DNA from: Coriobacteriia bacterium | GTDB taxonomy: Bacteria; Actinomycetota; Coriobacteriia; WRKU01; WQUG01 | Length of the DNA stretch: 64,000 bases | Assembly (NCBI GenBank): GCA_009781115.1 | Contig: WQYT01000001.1 | Location: 13,413 to 77,412, forward strand | Reading direction: 5' to 3' | Shown here: positions 37,606-47,605 of the stretch, piece after piece | How the letters are laid out: every line of letters starts with the position of its first letter | Numbering within the stretch: position 1 is the stretch's first letter | Made by a program: the position numbers and the translations under genes | The notes under the pieces: generated by a model | Told to the model about the DNA's origin: nothing | The model's input: the letters and a program-made list of their open reading frames with translations, nothing else | The model's database searches: none

Positions 37606-40357
37606 CGCTACCCTCCTTTTCTGGTTGGCGTCGTGCGCTTGTTGCATCAGGGCCAGAACCCAGCGCCAGATTATCGGCGATCAGCGCGCCTATCTGTGCT
37701 GCCGCCGAGCCTGATCCGCGCACCAGATAGCGCGCAAAGAAAGCCTGGCTTGCCGCGCGCGCCTCGCTGACAGACGCTACGCCCCGCAGCGCGTCAATGA
37801 GAGCTGTCGCCGACGTAAAGGTGGCTTCTGGTAATTCGAGCGCGGTATTGATATTTAAGCCCCGGTCATCCTGATACGTATCCAGATCATAATCATAAAA
37901 CCAGACGCTGCATCCGGCAAGCGCCGCCTCAAAGGCCACCGCAGAATAATCGGTAATGACCTGCGCGCAACCGCCCATCAGTTCCTGTGTCGAGCGCTCC
38001 GTCTCAAGACAGGAGGCCAGCTGGTCAAGCTCATCGTCTAAGTGGTCACGCCGCAGTTGGGCCAGGGCGAGCGGATGCAGGCTGATCGTCAGGCGCAGGC
38101 AGGCGCCGCGCGCCGCCTCCGCGAGCTCTGCAGCCGCCCGGCACCACTGCGCGCGCGCCTCCGGCGTGTCACGAAAAGTCGGCGCGTAAAGCAGATGATC
38201 GGGCGCGCCGGGCGTCTTGCGCTGCGCGCGCAGGGTATCGGCGTGAGGCAGCAGCAGCGGCACAATGCGCTCAGGCGCAACGGAAAACGCCTCTGCAAAA
38301 AACGGCACGCTCCCCTCCCCGCCGCACAGGATCTGGCTGTAGCCCCGGTGCATGCGCGCCGCCTTCGCCAACGCGGAGGAGCGCCCCCCGCCCGTGTCAA
38401 GCGTCTGGAAAGAGAACTTCTTGATCGCGCCCAGCGCGTGCCACATCTGCAGAACGTAGAGCTCCGGGCGCTGGTTGAAGTAGCTGACCGACGGGCTGTA
38501 CCCGTCAAGGATGACCGCACGCGAAGACGCGACGTCGCGCAGCTCCGCCCGCAGCCGACCCGCTATTGTTTTCAGTGCGCTGGCGTCGCCCTCGTCACGT
38601 TGGCAATGCACCGCAATTTCGAGTTCCGGGTCGCGGGTGCGCAGGACCTCGATCAGCAAAGCGAAGTCGGTAGTAATCTCGCTTGATTGACGCGAGAGCA
38701 GCGTCACCTTGTGGCAGACCGGATGGCGGCGCTTGACGCCTGCGTAGTAGAGGTTGGCAAACGGCCGCCCCAGATACAGCAGCAGGATGAATCCGCGGCC
38801 AATGCCGTTGCCGCTGCTGCCGTTGCCGCTGCTGCTGTCGCTGCTGCTGCTGTCGCTGCCGCTGCCGTTGCTGCTGCCATTGCTGCCGCTGCCGTTGCTG
38901 CTGTCGCTGCTGCTGCTGCTGCTGCTGTCGCTGCCGCCACCGCTGCCGGAATCTGCCCCCCGCTCGGCCCGCTCGGCCGCCGTGCTCAGGCTGTAGGCGC
39001 CCAGCAGGAAGAACACCAGATGGGGCGAATAAGCCACGGTAAAGGTATTGTCAAACAGGCTGGTAATCACCGAGATCAGACAGAGGCACAGCGGGAGCGC
39101 CCTTGAGGTCGCCTCAGTCTTGCGCATAGCCATCCAGACAAGCAGCGCGATGAAAGCGGCACACATCAGCGGACCGCCCTGCAACCAGGCGGCCAGGAAA
39201 TCGTTGTGGACGTTCATGCTGAACATCTGCATGACGGTCAGCCAGGCCCCCCAGGGATGCGCTGCGATAATCTGCCACGCAGCAGTCCAGAGATCGCCGC
39301 GCCCCGACATCAGCGCATTGAGCACCTGCGCCGAGAGCGATCCTCCCTGCGCGCCAAGGCGTCGGTCAGCCGACGCCAGCCGCCCCAGGATGCCGAGGTC
39401 GGCAAGACGCTGCCCTGCCGCCACCAGCACGGCAACGGCAATGCAGGCCACCACCAGAAGGGCTAAGGCCCCAAAGAAAAGCGCTCTGCGCCTGCGGGTT
39501 GCAAAGCAGGCCGCCTTGATGTCTTTGTGATAGATGATCGCCACACAAATCAGTACGGCCAGCAAAGCAAGCAGCGACGTGCGCGACGCGCTGAAGAACA
39601 CCACCAGCAAGCTCTCGACTGCCACAATAATCCGCAGCGCGCGGTCGCCTTTTCCGGTACAGGCCCACGCAAATGCAATGACTGCAAAATAACCAAAGAT
39701 ATTCGGGTTGTTGGAAAAGCCGGTCAGGCGCAACGACTCGATATGGTTCCACGACCAGGACGCATAGGGGCGGTTCGCCACCTGGTTAAGCCAGTAGAAG
39801 AAGTTCCCAACCGGGTTTGAGACCCCAAAGTCCCGCAACAGCTCCCCCAGGCCACTGATAACTGCTACCGTCATGATGACGACAAAGAACAGTGCGATCC
39901 AGCGCCGCGGCGTGCTGCGGTTGACCACTCCAATCAGGTAGGCACAGGGCAAAGCGGCATAGAGCATCCAGTAGTTAGTGGCAATGACGCCGCCCATGCG
40001 CACCAGCGGGTCAGCAGTGCGCAGGCTCCCCGCGATAAGCACCGCGAAGGTCACCGCATAGTAGATAATGAGCGGGAGGGCCTCGCGCAGCAGCGCCTTG
40101 CGATCAATCTCGCAGCGCCGGCGGAAGAACACCAGGCAGGCAACAACCAGACCGAGAACCAGGACCAGAAACGGCCCGAAAAACATCTTGGGAAAGCGCG
40201 GAATAAAAAACGCCCACTTCTTCACATAGAGCACCGTCAGGCCAATAACGAACAGCGATATAAGCGCCAGCCACTTCTGACTGGCAGGCAGGGCCTCAGC
40301 CGGTGATTTCACGTGCGTTCCTCGTGTGCTCATAATGCTTTTGATTGTAGCAATCAT
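37592..40357 (-). CDS. Fusion of O-antigen ligase/Wzy_C-like polytopic membrane domain, Ser/Gly/Asn-rich linker, and TagF-like glycerophosphotransferase domain
   Basis: N-terminal multi-TM region with SASRTSLLAL Wzy_C-like motif; linker GSGGGSDSSSSSSSDSSNGSGSNG...; C-terminal LLYAPTFRDTPEA TagF motif. Start uncertain: track start 40414 is GTG; ATGs at 40357 and 40333. Confidence 0.7.
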   Translation of the reverse strand: MIATIKSIMSTRGTHVKSPAEALPASQKWLALISLFVIGLTVLYVKKWAFFIPRFPKMFFGPFLVLVLGLVVACLVFFRRRCEIDRKALLREALPLIIYYAVTFAVLIAGSLRTADPLVRMGGVIATNYWMLYAALPCAYLIGVVNRSTPRRWIALFFVVIMTVAVISGLGELLRDFGVSNPVGNFFYWLNQVANRPYASWSWNHIESLRLTGFSNNPNIFGYFAVIAFAWACTGKGDRALRIIVAVESLLVVFFSASRTSLLALLAVLICVAIIYHKDIKAACFATRRRRALFFGALALLVVACIAVAVLVAAGQRLADLGILGRLASADRRLGAQGGSLSAQVLNALMSGRGDLWTAAWQIIAAHPWGAWLTVMQMFSMNVHNDFLAAWLQGGPLMCAAFIALLVWMAMRKTEATSRALPLCLCLISVITSLFDNTFTVAYSPHLVFFLLGAYSLSTAAERAERGADSGSGGGSDSSSSSSSDSSNGSGSNGSSNGSGSDSSSSDSSSGNGSSGNGIGRGFILLLYLGRPFANLYYAGVKRRHPVCHKVTLLSRQSSEITTDFALLIEVLRTRDPELEIAVHCQRDEGDASALKTIAGRLRAELRDVASSRAVILDGYSPSVSYFNQRPELYVLQMWHALGAIKKFSFQTLDTGGGRSSALAKAARMHRGYSQILCGGEGSVPFFAEAFSVAPERIVPLLLPHADTLRAQRKTPGAPDHLLYAPTFRDTPEARAQWCRAAAELAEAARGACLRLTISLHPLALAQLRRDHLDDELDQLASCLETERSTQELMGGCAQVITDYSAVAFEAALAGCSVWFYDYDLDTYQDDRGLNINTALELPEATFTSATALIDALRGVASVSEARAASQAFFARYLVRGSGSAAAQIGALIADNLALGSGPDATSARRQPEKEGSDGSD

Positions 40358-40426
40358 AGAGCGTTCTGTCTGTATCACGTAGCTTTCGCGTTGCCACAAA
40401 CAGAAGTTTTTCACTCCAAGTTTCCT

Positions 40427-40897
40427 TTATGAGAAGGAAGAGCGGAACGTGAAGAACTTATTGCCGATATAGGATATGGCCGTCGAGACACAGACTGTGA
40501 CCAGTTGCCCCACTAGCGCCGGGAAGCCAAGCACCTGAACGCAGAAGGCCAACACGCTTGACGCGAACAATTGCGGCAGAAGATACACCCCATAAGCACG
40601 CAACACCTGCCGGGGATACGAGCCCTCGCGCCTGAATACGAAGCGACGCATCGTGTAGGCACTGACCGGCACCGTAAAAAACCACGCGATCCAATTGACA
40701 ACGACGTAATAATGCTTCCCTACAAAGCGCAGTGCAGACATCTGGGCCGCCGCCAGAAGAGAAGCCTCCGGCTTCAGGGCCCATAACAACAGCGCGAACA
40801 GCCCGTAGTTAAAGGCAGTGTTACAGCCGCCCGTAACCAGGAACCGTATGGGCTCGCGCGCCCACAGTTTGTGTATGATGTCTGCCAATCGCTTCAT
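40427..40897 (-). CDS. GtrA-family polysaccharide synthesis/flippase-like membrane protein
   Basis: 156 aa, 4 TM, FLVTGGCNTAFNYGLF GtrA-like N-terminus. Confidence 0.75.
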   Translation of the reverse strand: MKRLADIIHKLWAREPIRFLVTGGCNTAFNYGLFALLLWALKPEASLLAAAQMSALRFVGKHYYVVVNWIAWFFTVPVSAYTMRRFVFRREGSYPRQVLRAYGVYLLPQLFASSVLAFCVQVLGFPALVGQLVTVCVSTAISYIGNKFFTFRSSFS

Positions 40898-41868
40898 GAA
40901 TGAAGGCGCGCGCCGGTCACGCGCGTCAGCTCTATCTCGAAAAACAACCGGGTCTGCTTGCGGATCGAGTCAACGATCACCCCGCAGACGCCCGAAAGCA
41001 GCGACATGACAAAGAGCCCGATCGAAACAATCAAGGTCGGAAAACGCGTTACCAGACCTGTGGTAATGAACTCGTCGAGCGGAATCAGGAACAGCCCAAA
41101 CGCTACTATGAAGACGATCAGCGAGACCAGCCCAAAGAACAGGAGCGGACGGAAGTCCTTAAAGAGCGCAAAGATTGTTTTGAGCACCCGCAGACCGTCC
41201 GGGATCGTGTCAAGCTTACTCTGGCTCCCCTCACGACGGTCGCGATAGCCAACCGAATGCTGGGTCACCAGAAAGTCCTTGTCAAGCGCATGGATCGTCA
41301 TCTCGGTCTCGACCTCAAAACCGCCGGAAAACGAGGGGTAGGTTTTGACAAACGCGCGTGAGAACGCGCGTGCGCCAGTCATCACGTCGGTGATGTCGCT
41401 GGTAAAAATCCGGTTGATCAGCCAACGCACGCCCCGGTTGCCCGCGTTGTGAAACGCCCGCTTATTCTCCGTAAAATACGTACCGGAGAGGCGATCGCCA
41501 ACCACCATGTCTGCACGCCCGGCAGCCACGTCTTTACCAAGCGCCACCACGTCAGTTGCCTCATAAGTGTCGTCAGCGTCAACCATCAGGTAGACGCCGG
41601 CCTCAATGTCGCGAAACATCGAGCGCACCACAAAGCCCTTGCCCTGCCGGTACTCCGGCACCACCACCGCCCCTGCCTGGCGCGCCTCCTCAGCAGAGTT
41701 ATCCGTGGAATTGTTGTCATACACATAGATATCCGCCTCAGGCAGAAGCGCCCGATAGTCTTTGATCACCTTCGCGATTGTGGATCCCTCGTTGTAGCAG
41801 GGTATAAGAATGGCTGTTCTCACTCTGTTCCTTTCGTCCCGGTGTTGATTGTCAGTTCTGAAAGTCAT
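40894..41868 (-). CDS. Family 2 glycosyltransferase, polyprenyl-phosphate sugar transferase (GtrB/DPM1-like) with C-terminal TM anchor
   Basis: ILIPCYNEGSTI...DNNSTDNS...DADD GT2 motifs; two C-terminal TM helices; overlaps gtrA-like gene by 4 nt. Confidence 0.8.
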   Translation of the reverse strand: MTFRTDNQHRDERNRVRTAILIPCYNEGSTIAKVIKDYRALLPEADIYVYDNNSTDNSAEEARQAGAVVVPEYRQGKGFVVRSMFRDIEAGVYLMVDADDTYEATDVVALGKDVAAGRADMVVGDRLSGTYFTENKRAFHNAGNRGVRWLINRIFTSDITDVMTGARAFSRAFVKTYPSFSGGFEVETEMTIHALDKDFLVTQHSVGYRDRREGSQSKLDTIPDGLRVLKTIFALFKDFRPLLFFGLVSLIVFIVAFGLFLIPLDEFITTGLVTRFPTLIVSIGLFVMSLLSGVCGVIVDSIRKQTRLFFEIELTRVTGARLHS

Positions 41869-41910
41869 AATTTGTCAGGTCCGAAATACCCAATTTGTCA
41901 GTTCTGAAAG

Positions 41911-43317
41911 TCAGCGTTGGCTCTCCTGCCCTTGTGCCAGTTTTTGCAGGAACAGGGCCTCTGCTATGGTGGTGCGTTCCAGTTCGGCGGGGTCTACGCT
42001 TTCGTTGCCGCCGTGGATTTTGGAGGCCTGCGCGTCTGCGGAGCCGAAGACGAGGAAGTCGGCTGCGGGCGCTACCTTCTGGAGTTCGGTCATGAGCGGG
42101 ATTGAGCCGCCGCTCGCCTTGATTTCAAGCGGGCATTCGAAGGCAGCTTCGAAGGCTTCGTGCGCCACAGCCAGGAAGCGCTCGCTCGGCTCGAAAGAAA
42201 ACGGGCTGCTCTCGTGAGTCTCGACGATCTCAAGGTGCGCGTTAAAGGGCACATGCGCTTTCAGGTGCGCTTCAAGCGCGTCGAGCGCCTCCCGCCCGGT
42301 AAAGCCCGGTTGGAAGCGCAGGCTGAGCTCTGCGGTGACCTCGGGAATCACGATGTTTGACGCGCCCAGGACGGCAGGCATCTTATCAAGGCCGATGACC
42401 GAGAGGCTCGGGTGCGACCACAGGCGCGAGGAGAGACTGCCGGCTCCGGCAAACTCAACGCCGGACAGCAGGCCCGCCTGTTCGCGCAGCATATCTGCCG
42501 GGTAGTTGACGCCCTGGTACTCCACGCCCTCCAGACCGGGTATCACCGTAGCGCCACCTTCGCCATAGCAGCTGCCCATCATCAGCAGGAAGGCTATCAT
42601 CGCATCGGGCGCCGCACCCCCAAAAAGTCCGGAGTGTAGCGCCTGCTTGATCGTGCGCACAGTCACGGTGAGCGCCACGGTGCCACGCATTGCGGTGCAG
42701 ATGGTCGGCTTGCCGACTTCCATGCCGCCGTCGTCGCTGACCAGGTAGATGTCTGCCGCAAACATCTCGGGGTTTGCGGCCACATAGGGATCCAGCGCGC
42801 TGACCCACTCCTCCTCGCCTTCGAAGCAGATTTTGATGTTGAGTGGCGCTGTGCCATCTTCACGCAGACCCAACGCACGCAGTGCCGCCAGGTGGCTCAC
42901 GATGCCGTTCTTGTCGTCGGCGGCGCCGCGCCCGTACCAGCGGCCATCGGACTTGAGCGTCATCTGGAATGGATCGGTCTCCCAGCCTTGCTCTGCGACG
43001 GGCGCCGGTTGGATGTCATAGTGCGCGTAGAGCAACACGGTCGGCGCGTCTGCCGGGCCGGGGACCTCTGCCCACACCAGAGGCAGCTTGCCGCCGATGT
43101 CACGGACCTCGACGTTGGTTGCGCCCGCATCACGCACCATTTGCGCCACCGCTGCGGCACAATCAAGGCCGGGCTGCAGGTCGGAGCCGTCAAAGGCGAG
43201 CGAGGGATAGCTCACGAGCGTGCGCAGCTCTTCAAGCGCGCGCGGGAACTGAGCCCTGGCGGCGGCGATCAGGTCGGTCGTGGTAGCGTTCCAGTTGTCA
43301 GACATACATTGCTCCAT
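41911..43317 (-). CDS. M20-family dipeptidase (PepV/Sapep-like)
   Basis: YAHYDIQP...WYGRGAADDKNG M20 metal-binding motifs. Confidence 0.85.
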   Translation of the reverse strand: MEQCMSDNWNATTTDLIAAARAQFPRALEELRTLVSYPSLAFDGSDLQPGLDCAAAVAQMVRDAGATNVEVRDIGGKLPLVWAEVPGPADAPTVLLYAHYDIQPAPVAEQGWETDPFQMTLKSDGRWYGRGAADDKNGIVSHLAALRALGLREDGTAPLNIKICFEGEEEWVSALDPYVAANPEMFAADIYLVSDDGGMEVGKPTICTAMRGTVALTVTVRTIKQALHSGLFGGAAPDAMIAFLLMMGSCYGEGGATVIPGLEGVEYQGVNYPADMLREQAGLLSGVEFAGAGSLSSRLWSHPSLSVIGLDKMPAVLGASNIVIPEVTAELSLRFQPGFTGREALDALEAHLKAHVPFNAHLEIVETHESSPFSFEPSERFLAVAHEAFEAAFECPLEIKASGGSIPLMTELQKVAPAADFLVFGSADAQASKIHGGNESVDPAELERTTIAEALFLQKLAQGQESQR

Positions 43318-43338
43318 TTCTTTGCTGCTCCGAACAGA

Positions 43339-43363
43339 GGCGCGCCGGGTCGTCGCGCCCTAC
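43339..43363. repeat. REP hairpin copy
   Basis: GGCGCGCCGGGTCGTCGCGCCCTAC upstream of the M20 peptidase gene. Confidence 0.6.
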
Positions 43364-43519
43364 AGGGCGATTGCCAGTTCCACTATCATATCAACTCCCG
43401 CAACAAAAGAAACGCCTCATGCCTTTAGTCACCGTTGTTCCGCGAAAGAATCGTTTCGCGTAAGCCCCGAAGAGAGATCCGCATTGGGCCTACGCCCATG
43501 CGAATCTCTCTGAGCGGAT

Positions 43520-44317
43520 TCACGCGGAAGGAGGCTTCGCGGAACCGAAGCCTTGGACAGCGTACGTGCCTGAACGGGGGTCGCGCTCGATGACGATGTA
43601 GCCTTTCTCGGCTGCTTCTTCCAGAAGCTGGTTGAAGCTGCGATAGCCGTAGCTGCGCTCTGAGAACTGGGGCAGCTTACGCCGGATCGTGTCCTTGATG
43701 CGGGAGCTGTGGATGTTCGTGATGTTCTCGCGCAACAGCGCGTCGATGGTCTCAAGCAGCAGCTTGTACACCGTGCGTTGCTTGCGCGGAATGTCGGCGC
43801 CCAGCTTGGGAACCTCTTTGCTCGCCCCGATATCATCGTAGAAGATGAATTCGTCGCAGTTGGCGGCAAGCAGGTCGCTCGTGGCTTCGCGCATACCGAC
43901 GCCGATGACGGTCTTGCCATACTCCTTGAGCTTGCTTACCAGTGGCAGGAAATCCGAGTCGCCGCTGATGATGACGAAGGTATCGATGTTGCCCCGCGAC
44001 GAGCAGTACTCCATCGCGTCAACGACCAGGCGGATATCCGCTGAGTTCTTGCCGCTGACGCGGCGCTGGGGGATCTCGATCAACTCGATACCCAGCTCAT
44101 GAAGCGGCGTCACGTAGCTTGTGTAGTTTTGCCAGTCGCAGTAGGCAATCTTTGCTACTATCTTGCCTTTTTCAAGCAGCCGATCAAATACCTTGCGCAT
44201 GTCGATAGTCTGCGTGGTTTTGCGCTTGCGTCCATTGGGCATATCCTTGAGCCCCAGGACCAAATTCTCGAAGTCAATAAAGACCGCGAGTGAATGTTCA
44301 GTTGTTGTGTCAGCCAT
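43520..44317 (-). CDS. NYN-domain (LabA-like) protein with C-terminal OST-HTH/LOTUS-like domain
   Basis: AVFIDFENL...FVIISGDSDFLPLV NYN motifs; GGAG RBS; flanked by inverted ~85-bp repeats. Confidence 0.7.
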   Translation of the reverse strand: MADTTTEHSLAVFIDFENLVLGLKDMPNGRKRKTTQTIDMRKVFDRLLEKGKIVAKIAYCDWQNYTSYVTPLHELGIELIEIPQRRVSGKNSADIRLVVDAMEYCSSRGNIDTFVIISGDSDFLPLVSKLKEYGKTVIGVGMREATSDLLAANCDEFIFYDDIGASKEVPKLGADIPRKQRTVYKLLLETIDALLRENITNIHSSRIKDTIRRKLPQFSERSYGYRSFNQLLEEAAEKGYIVIERDPRSGTYAVQGFGSAKPPSA

Positions 44318-44483
44318 TAGCAGAGGCTCCTTATCTGTCTAGCTCGGTCTCTTTTCGCTTTGATCCGCTCAGACTGATCCTTAAGGCAATTAAGGCCATT
44401 ACGAATCGCTCTTCGGGGCTTACGCGAAATGATCCATTCGTTATATATATCATAGTGTGAAAATAACCTTATCAAGTTCCTAC

Positions 44484-46016
44484 TTACTGTTCTTCAAAAA
44501 GGACCGACTCGTCGGTGCCACGCGCCTGTGCGATCAGGCGCAGCCGTACGCGAGCCAGACCAGCCTCCAGCCCCACCGGGTAGCTATGAGGCAAAAGGAA
44601 GCGTTTGTGGGTCTCATTCAGCGTGTCCAGGCCAGCCAGCGTTCGTGCGCGAAGCTCACTGAGAGCAGCGGGAGCGGCGTCTTTGTGCGGCGTCCCGCTT
44701 GCGACCACCGGCTGCAGGAGCTCACGACTTTGCGCGTCCGGGGCAAAGGACTTGCTGCGGGTCATATCCGCTGGATCAAACATCGTGACCGGCGCCCCCT
44801 GCGCGGGCGGGCAGACGCCGTCAGTGACAAACACCCCAGGGGTGTTTGTCACATCGTAAACCAGGTCGCCGTCCAGCTTGCCGTCGGCGCGATAGTAACG
44901 GCGCACACTTTGCACGCCGGGGATTGTTGTTTTTGCGCTCTGGTCAGAGAGTTTGAGTTTAGGTTGCCAGACTCCGGCATCATCAGCCAGCGCCGAGAGC
45001 TTGTAGACCCCGCCAAGCGCCGCCGTCGGATAACCGGTGGCCAGGCGCGTACCGACCGCCCAGACATCAATGGGTGCGCCCTGGTCCTTGAGCGAGGTGA
45101 TGGTATACTCATCGAGCTCATTGCTGCAATAGATCTTCGTGGCAGCAAAACCCGCCTCATCAAGTAAGGCGCGCGCCTGCTTGGAGCGCCAGGCCAAGTC
45201 CCCGGAGTCGATGCGGATCCCCAGCAGCTCATGGCCTTGCGCGCGCATCTCACGGCCCACGGTGATTGCGTTGCGCACCCCTTGCAGCGTGTCATAGGTA
45301 TCGACCAGGAGCACCAGATTGTTGGGAGCAGAGCGCGCGTAAGCCCGAAACGCCGTCAGCTCGTCATCAAAGGCCATGACCCAGCTGTGGGCGTGGGTGC
45401 CCGCCACCGGAATGCCGTAGAGCGCGCCCGCCTCAACGTTTGATGTTGCTGAGCAACCACCAATATAGGCCGCGCGCGAGGCCATGAGCCCACCATCGGG
45501 GCCCTGGGCACGGCGCAGACCAAACTCCAGCAGCGCAGCGCCGCCTGCCGCCAGCGCACAACGGGCCGCCTTCGTCGCGATCAGCGTCGAGAAGTTGATG
45601 AGATTAAGCAGCGGCGTCTCCAGCAGCTGGCATTGCTCGATGGGGCCCGTGACGCGCAGCAGGGGCTCCTGCGCAAAGCAGATCTCTCCCTCGGGCAGGG
45701 CCGCGACATCAATGCTCAGCCGCAGGTCCCGCAGATGCTCAAGGAACTCCGGGCAAAAAAGTGGCGTGCCGTCAGGTGCAGGCAAGGTGGCAAGATAGGC
45801 GATTTCGCGCTCGTCAAAGTGCCAATCACGCAGATAGTCAAGTACGGGCCCCAGACCGGCGGCAACAGCAAAGCCCCCGTCAAAGGGATTGCTGCGAAAG
45901 CTCAGAATAAAGCAGGCCTGGCGCTCGCCTATCCCGGCCTGAAAGTAGCCCTGTGCCATCGTCAGCTGGTACAGATCCGTGCGCAACGCCGCATTGTTTT
46001 GCGCGCCATCAGCCAT
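44484..46016 (-). CDS. pncB: Nicotinate phosphoribosyltransferase PncB
   Basis: LYQLTMAQGYF N-terminus; AGTHAHSWV catalytic region. Contains a 29-bp palindrome in-frame at 44824-44852; start overlaps the gatB stop by 8 nt. Confidence 0.85.
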   Translation of the reverse strand: MADGAQNNAALRTDLYQLTMAQGYFQAGIGERQACFILSFRSNPFDGGFAVAAGLGPVLDYLRDWHFDEREIAYLATLPAPDGTPLFCPEFLEHLRDLRLSIDVAALPEGEICFAQEPLLRVTGPIEQCQLLETPLLNLINFSTLIATKAARCALAAGGAALLEFGLRRAQGPDGGLMASRAAYIGGCSATSNVEAGALYGIPVAGTHAHSWVMAFDDELTAFRAYARSAPNNLVLLVDTYDTLQGVRNAITVGREMRAQGHELLGIRIDSGDLAWRSKQARALLDEAGFAATKIYCSNELDEYTITSLKDQGAPIDVWAVGTRLATGYPTAALGGVYKLSALADDAGVWQPKLKLSDQSAKTTIPGVQSVRRYYRADGKLDGDLVYDVTNTPGVFVTDGVCPPAQGAPVTMFDPADMTRSKSFAPDAQSRELLQPVVASGTPHKDAAPAALSELRARTLAGLDTLNETHKRFLLPHSYPVGLEAGLARVRLRLIAQARGTDESVLFEEQ

Positions 46017-47568
46017 CGAGCTTCTCTCCCAACAACTCGTTCACTACCTGCGGATTGGCCTGTCCGTGTGTCTCGCGCATGACCTGCCCCACGAAAAATC
46101 CTCTGAGCCCCGTCTTGCCGCTGCGATACTGCTCGACTTTGTCCGGGTTCGCCTCGCAGATCGCGTCGATGACCGCCGCCAATTCCCCGGTGTCGCTGAC
46201 CTGCTTCAGCCCCCGGGACTCGATGATCTCCGCAGGATCAGCGCCCGTCTCGATCATGTCGGCGAAAACCTCCTTGGCCTGCTTGCCTGAGATCGCCCCC
46301 TCGTCGGCCAGCATGACCAGCGCCGCGGCGCCCGCTGGCGTCACTTTGCTCGCGGACAGTTCCTGTCCGGCTGCATTGAGCGCGCCGATCAGGTCGTTGA
46401 CGATCAGGTTGGCGAGCGGTTTTGCCAGCGTGTCCAGCTTGGCGCCCAGCGCCCCGGCAGCTTCCTCGTAGAAGGCGCAAAGCTCCAGATCCTCGCTCAG
46501 GATCGCCGCATCTGATGCTGGCAGTCCGTAGTCAGCGCAGAAGCGTTCCTTGCGCGCGTCCGGAAGCTCGGGCAGGCGCGCCACTACCGACGCCACGAAC
46601 TCATCGGAGAACTCGAAAGGCACCATGTCCGGCTCAGGGAAGTAGCGGTAATCGTTGGCCTCCTCCTTGGATCGCAGCGAGCTCGTGACCTTGCGCCCGG
46701 CGTCCCAGTGCCGCGTTTCCTGCGCCACGGCGCCGCCGCTTTCGAGGATCTCTGCCTGCCGCACGATCTCATAGGCCACCGCATCATGAAGCGACTTGAA
46801 CGAGTTCATGTTCTTGACCTCGGCGCGGATGCCCAGCTCGGCCTGGCCTCGTGGCCGCAGGCTGATGTTGGCGTCGACGCGCATCGATCCGCTCTCCAGA
46901 TTGCCGTCCGAGATCCCCAGCGTCAGCCAGATCAGGCGCAGCTTCTGCACGAAACGCCGCGCTTCCTCCGGTGTGCGGATGTCAGGCTCGCTCACGAGCT
47001 CCATCAGCGGCGTGCCCGCGCGGTTGTAGTCGACCAGGCTGTGCGTCGCGCCCGCGATGCGCCCCTCGCTGCCACCCACGTGCACCATCTTGCCCGTGTC
47101 CTCCTCCAGGTGGATGCGCGTGATGCCGATGCGTGTTTCGTAGCCGTCCTCGGTCGGCGTCACCACGCCAGGCTGGTCGCGATCCAGGCGCTGCGCGATC
47201 CCCTCCTTGCCCACTTCGATCGTGAGCTGCCCCTCTTTGCAGAACGGGCGGTCGTACTGCGAGATCTGGTAGTTCTTGGGCATGTCGGGATAAAAGTAGT
47301 TCTTGCGGTGGAACTGGCTGACGCGCTCGATCTCACAGCCGGTGGCAAGCCCCGCGAGCACGGTCCACTCGATGGCCGCCTCATTGGGCACGGGCAGCGC
47401 GCCGGGCATGCCCAGGCAGACCGGGCAGACCCGCGTGTTGGGCTCGCCGCCGTGAGCGGTCTCGCAGCCGCAGAACATCTTCGTGCGCGTTGCGGTGATC
47501 TCGGTGTGGATCTCCAGGCCGATAACGGGCTCCCAGGTTCGCATCACTTCTTCGAGTGTCTTGCGCAT
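46009..47568 (-). CDS. gatB: Asp-tRNA(Asn)/Glu-tRNA(Gln) amidotransferase subunit B
   Basis: Start at internal ATG 47568 (MRKTLEEVMRTWEPVIGLEIHTEI) with GGAAAG RBS; the track ORF 5' extension is non-homologous. Confidence 0.9.
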   Translation of the reverse strand: MRKTLEEVMRTWEPVIGLEIHTEITATRTKMFCGCETAHGGEPNTRVCPVCLGMPGALPVPNEAAIEWTVLAGLATGCEIERVSQFHRKNYFYPDMPKNYQISQYDRPFCKEGQLTIEVGKEGIAQRLDRDQPGVVTPTEDGYETRIGITRIHLEEDTGKMVHVGGSEGRIAGATHSLVDYNRAGTPLMELVSEPDIRTPEEARRFVQKLRLIWLTLGISDGNLESGSMRVDANISLRPRGQAELGIRAEVKNMNSFKSLHDAVAYEIVRQAEILESGGAVAQETRHWDAGRKVTSSLRSKEEANDYRYFPEPDMVPFEFSDEFVASVVARLPELPDARKERFCADYGLPASDAAILSEDLELCAFYEEAAGALGAKLDTLAKPLANLIVNDLIGALNAAGQELSASKVTPAGAAALVMLADEGAISGKQAKEVFADMIETGADPAEIIESRGLKQVSDTGELAAVIDAICEANPDKVEQYRSGKTGLRGFFVGQVMRETHGQANPQVVNELLGEKLDG

Positions 47569-47605
47569 CGTGGCTTTCCTTTCTGTGATCGGACGGCCTT
47601 GCGCC

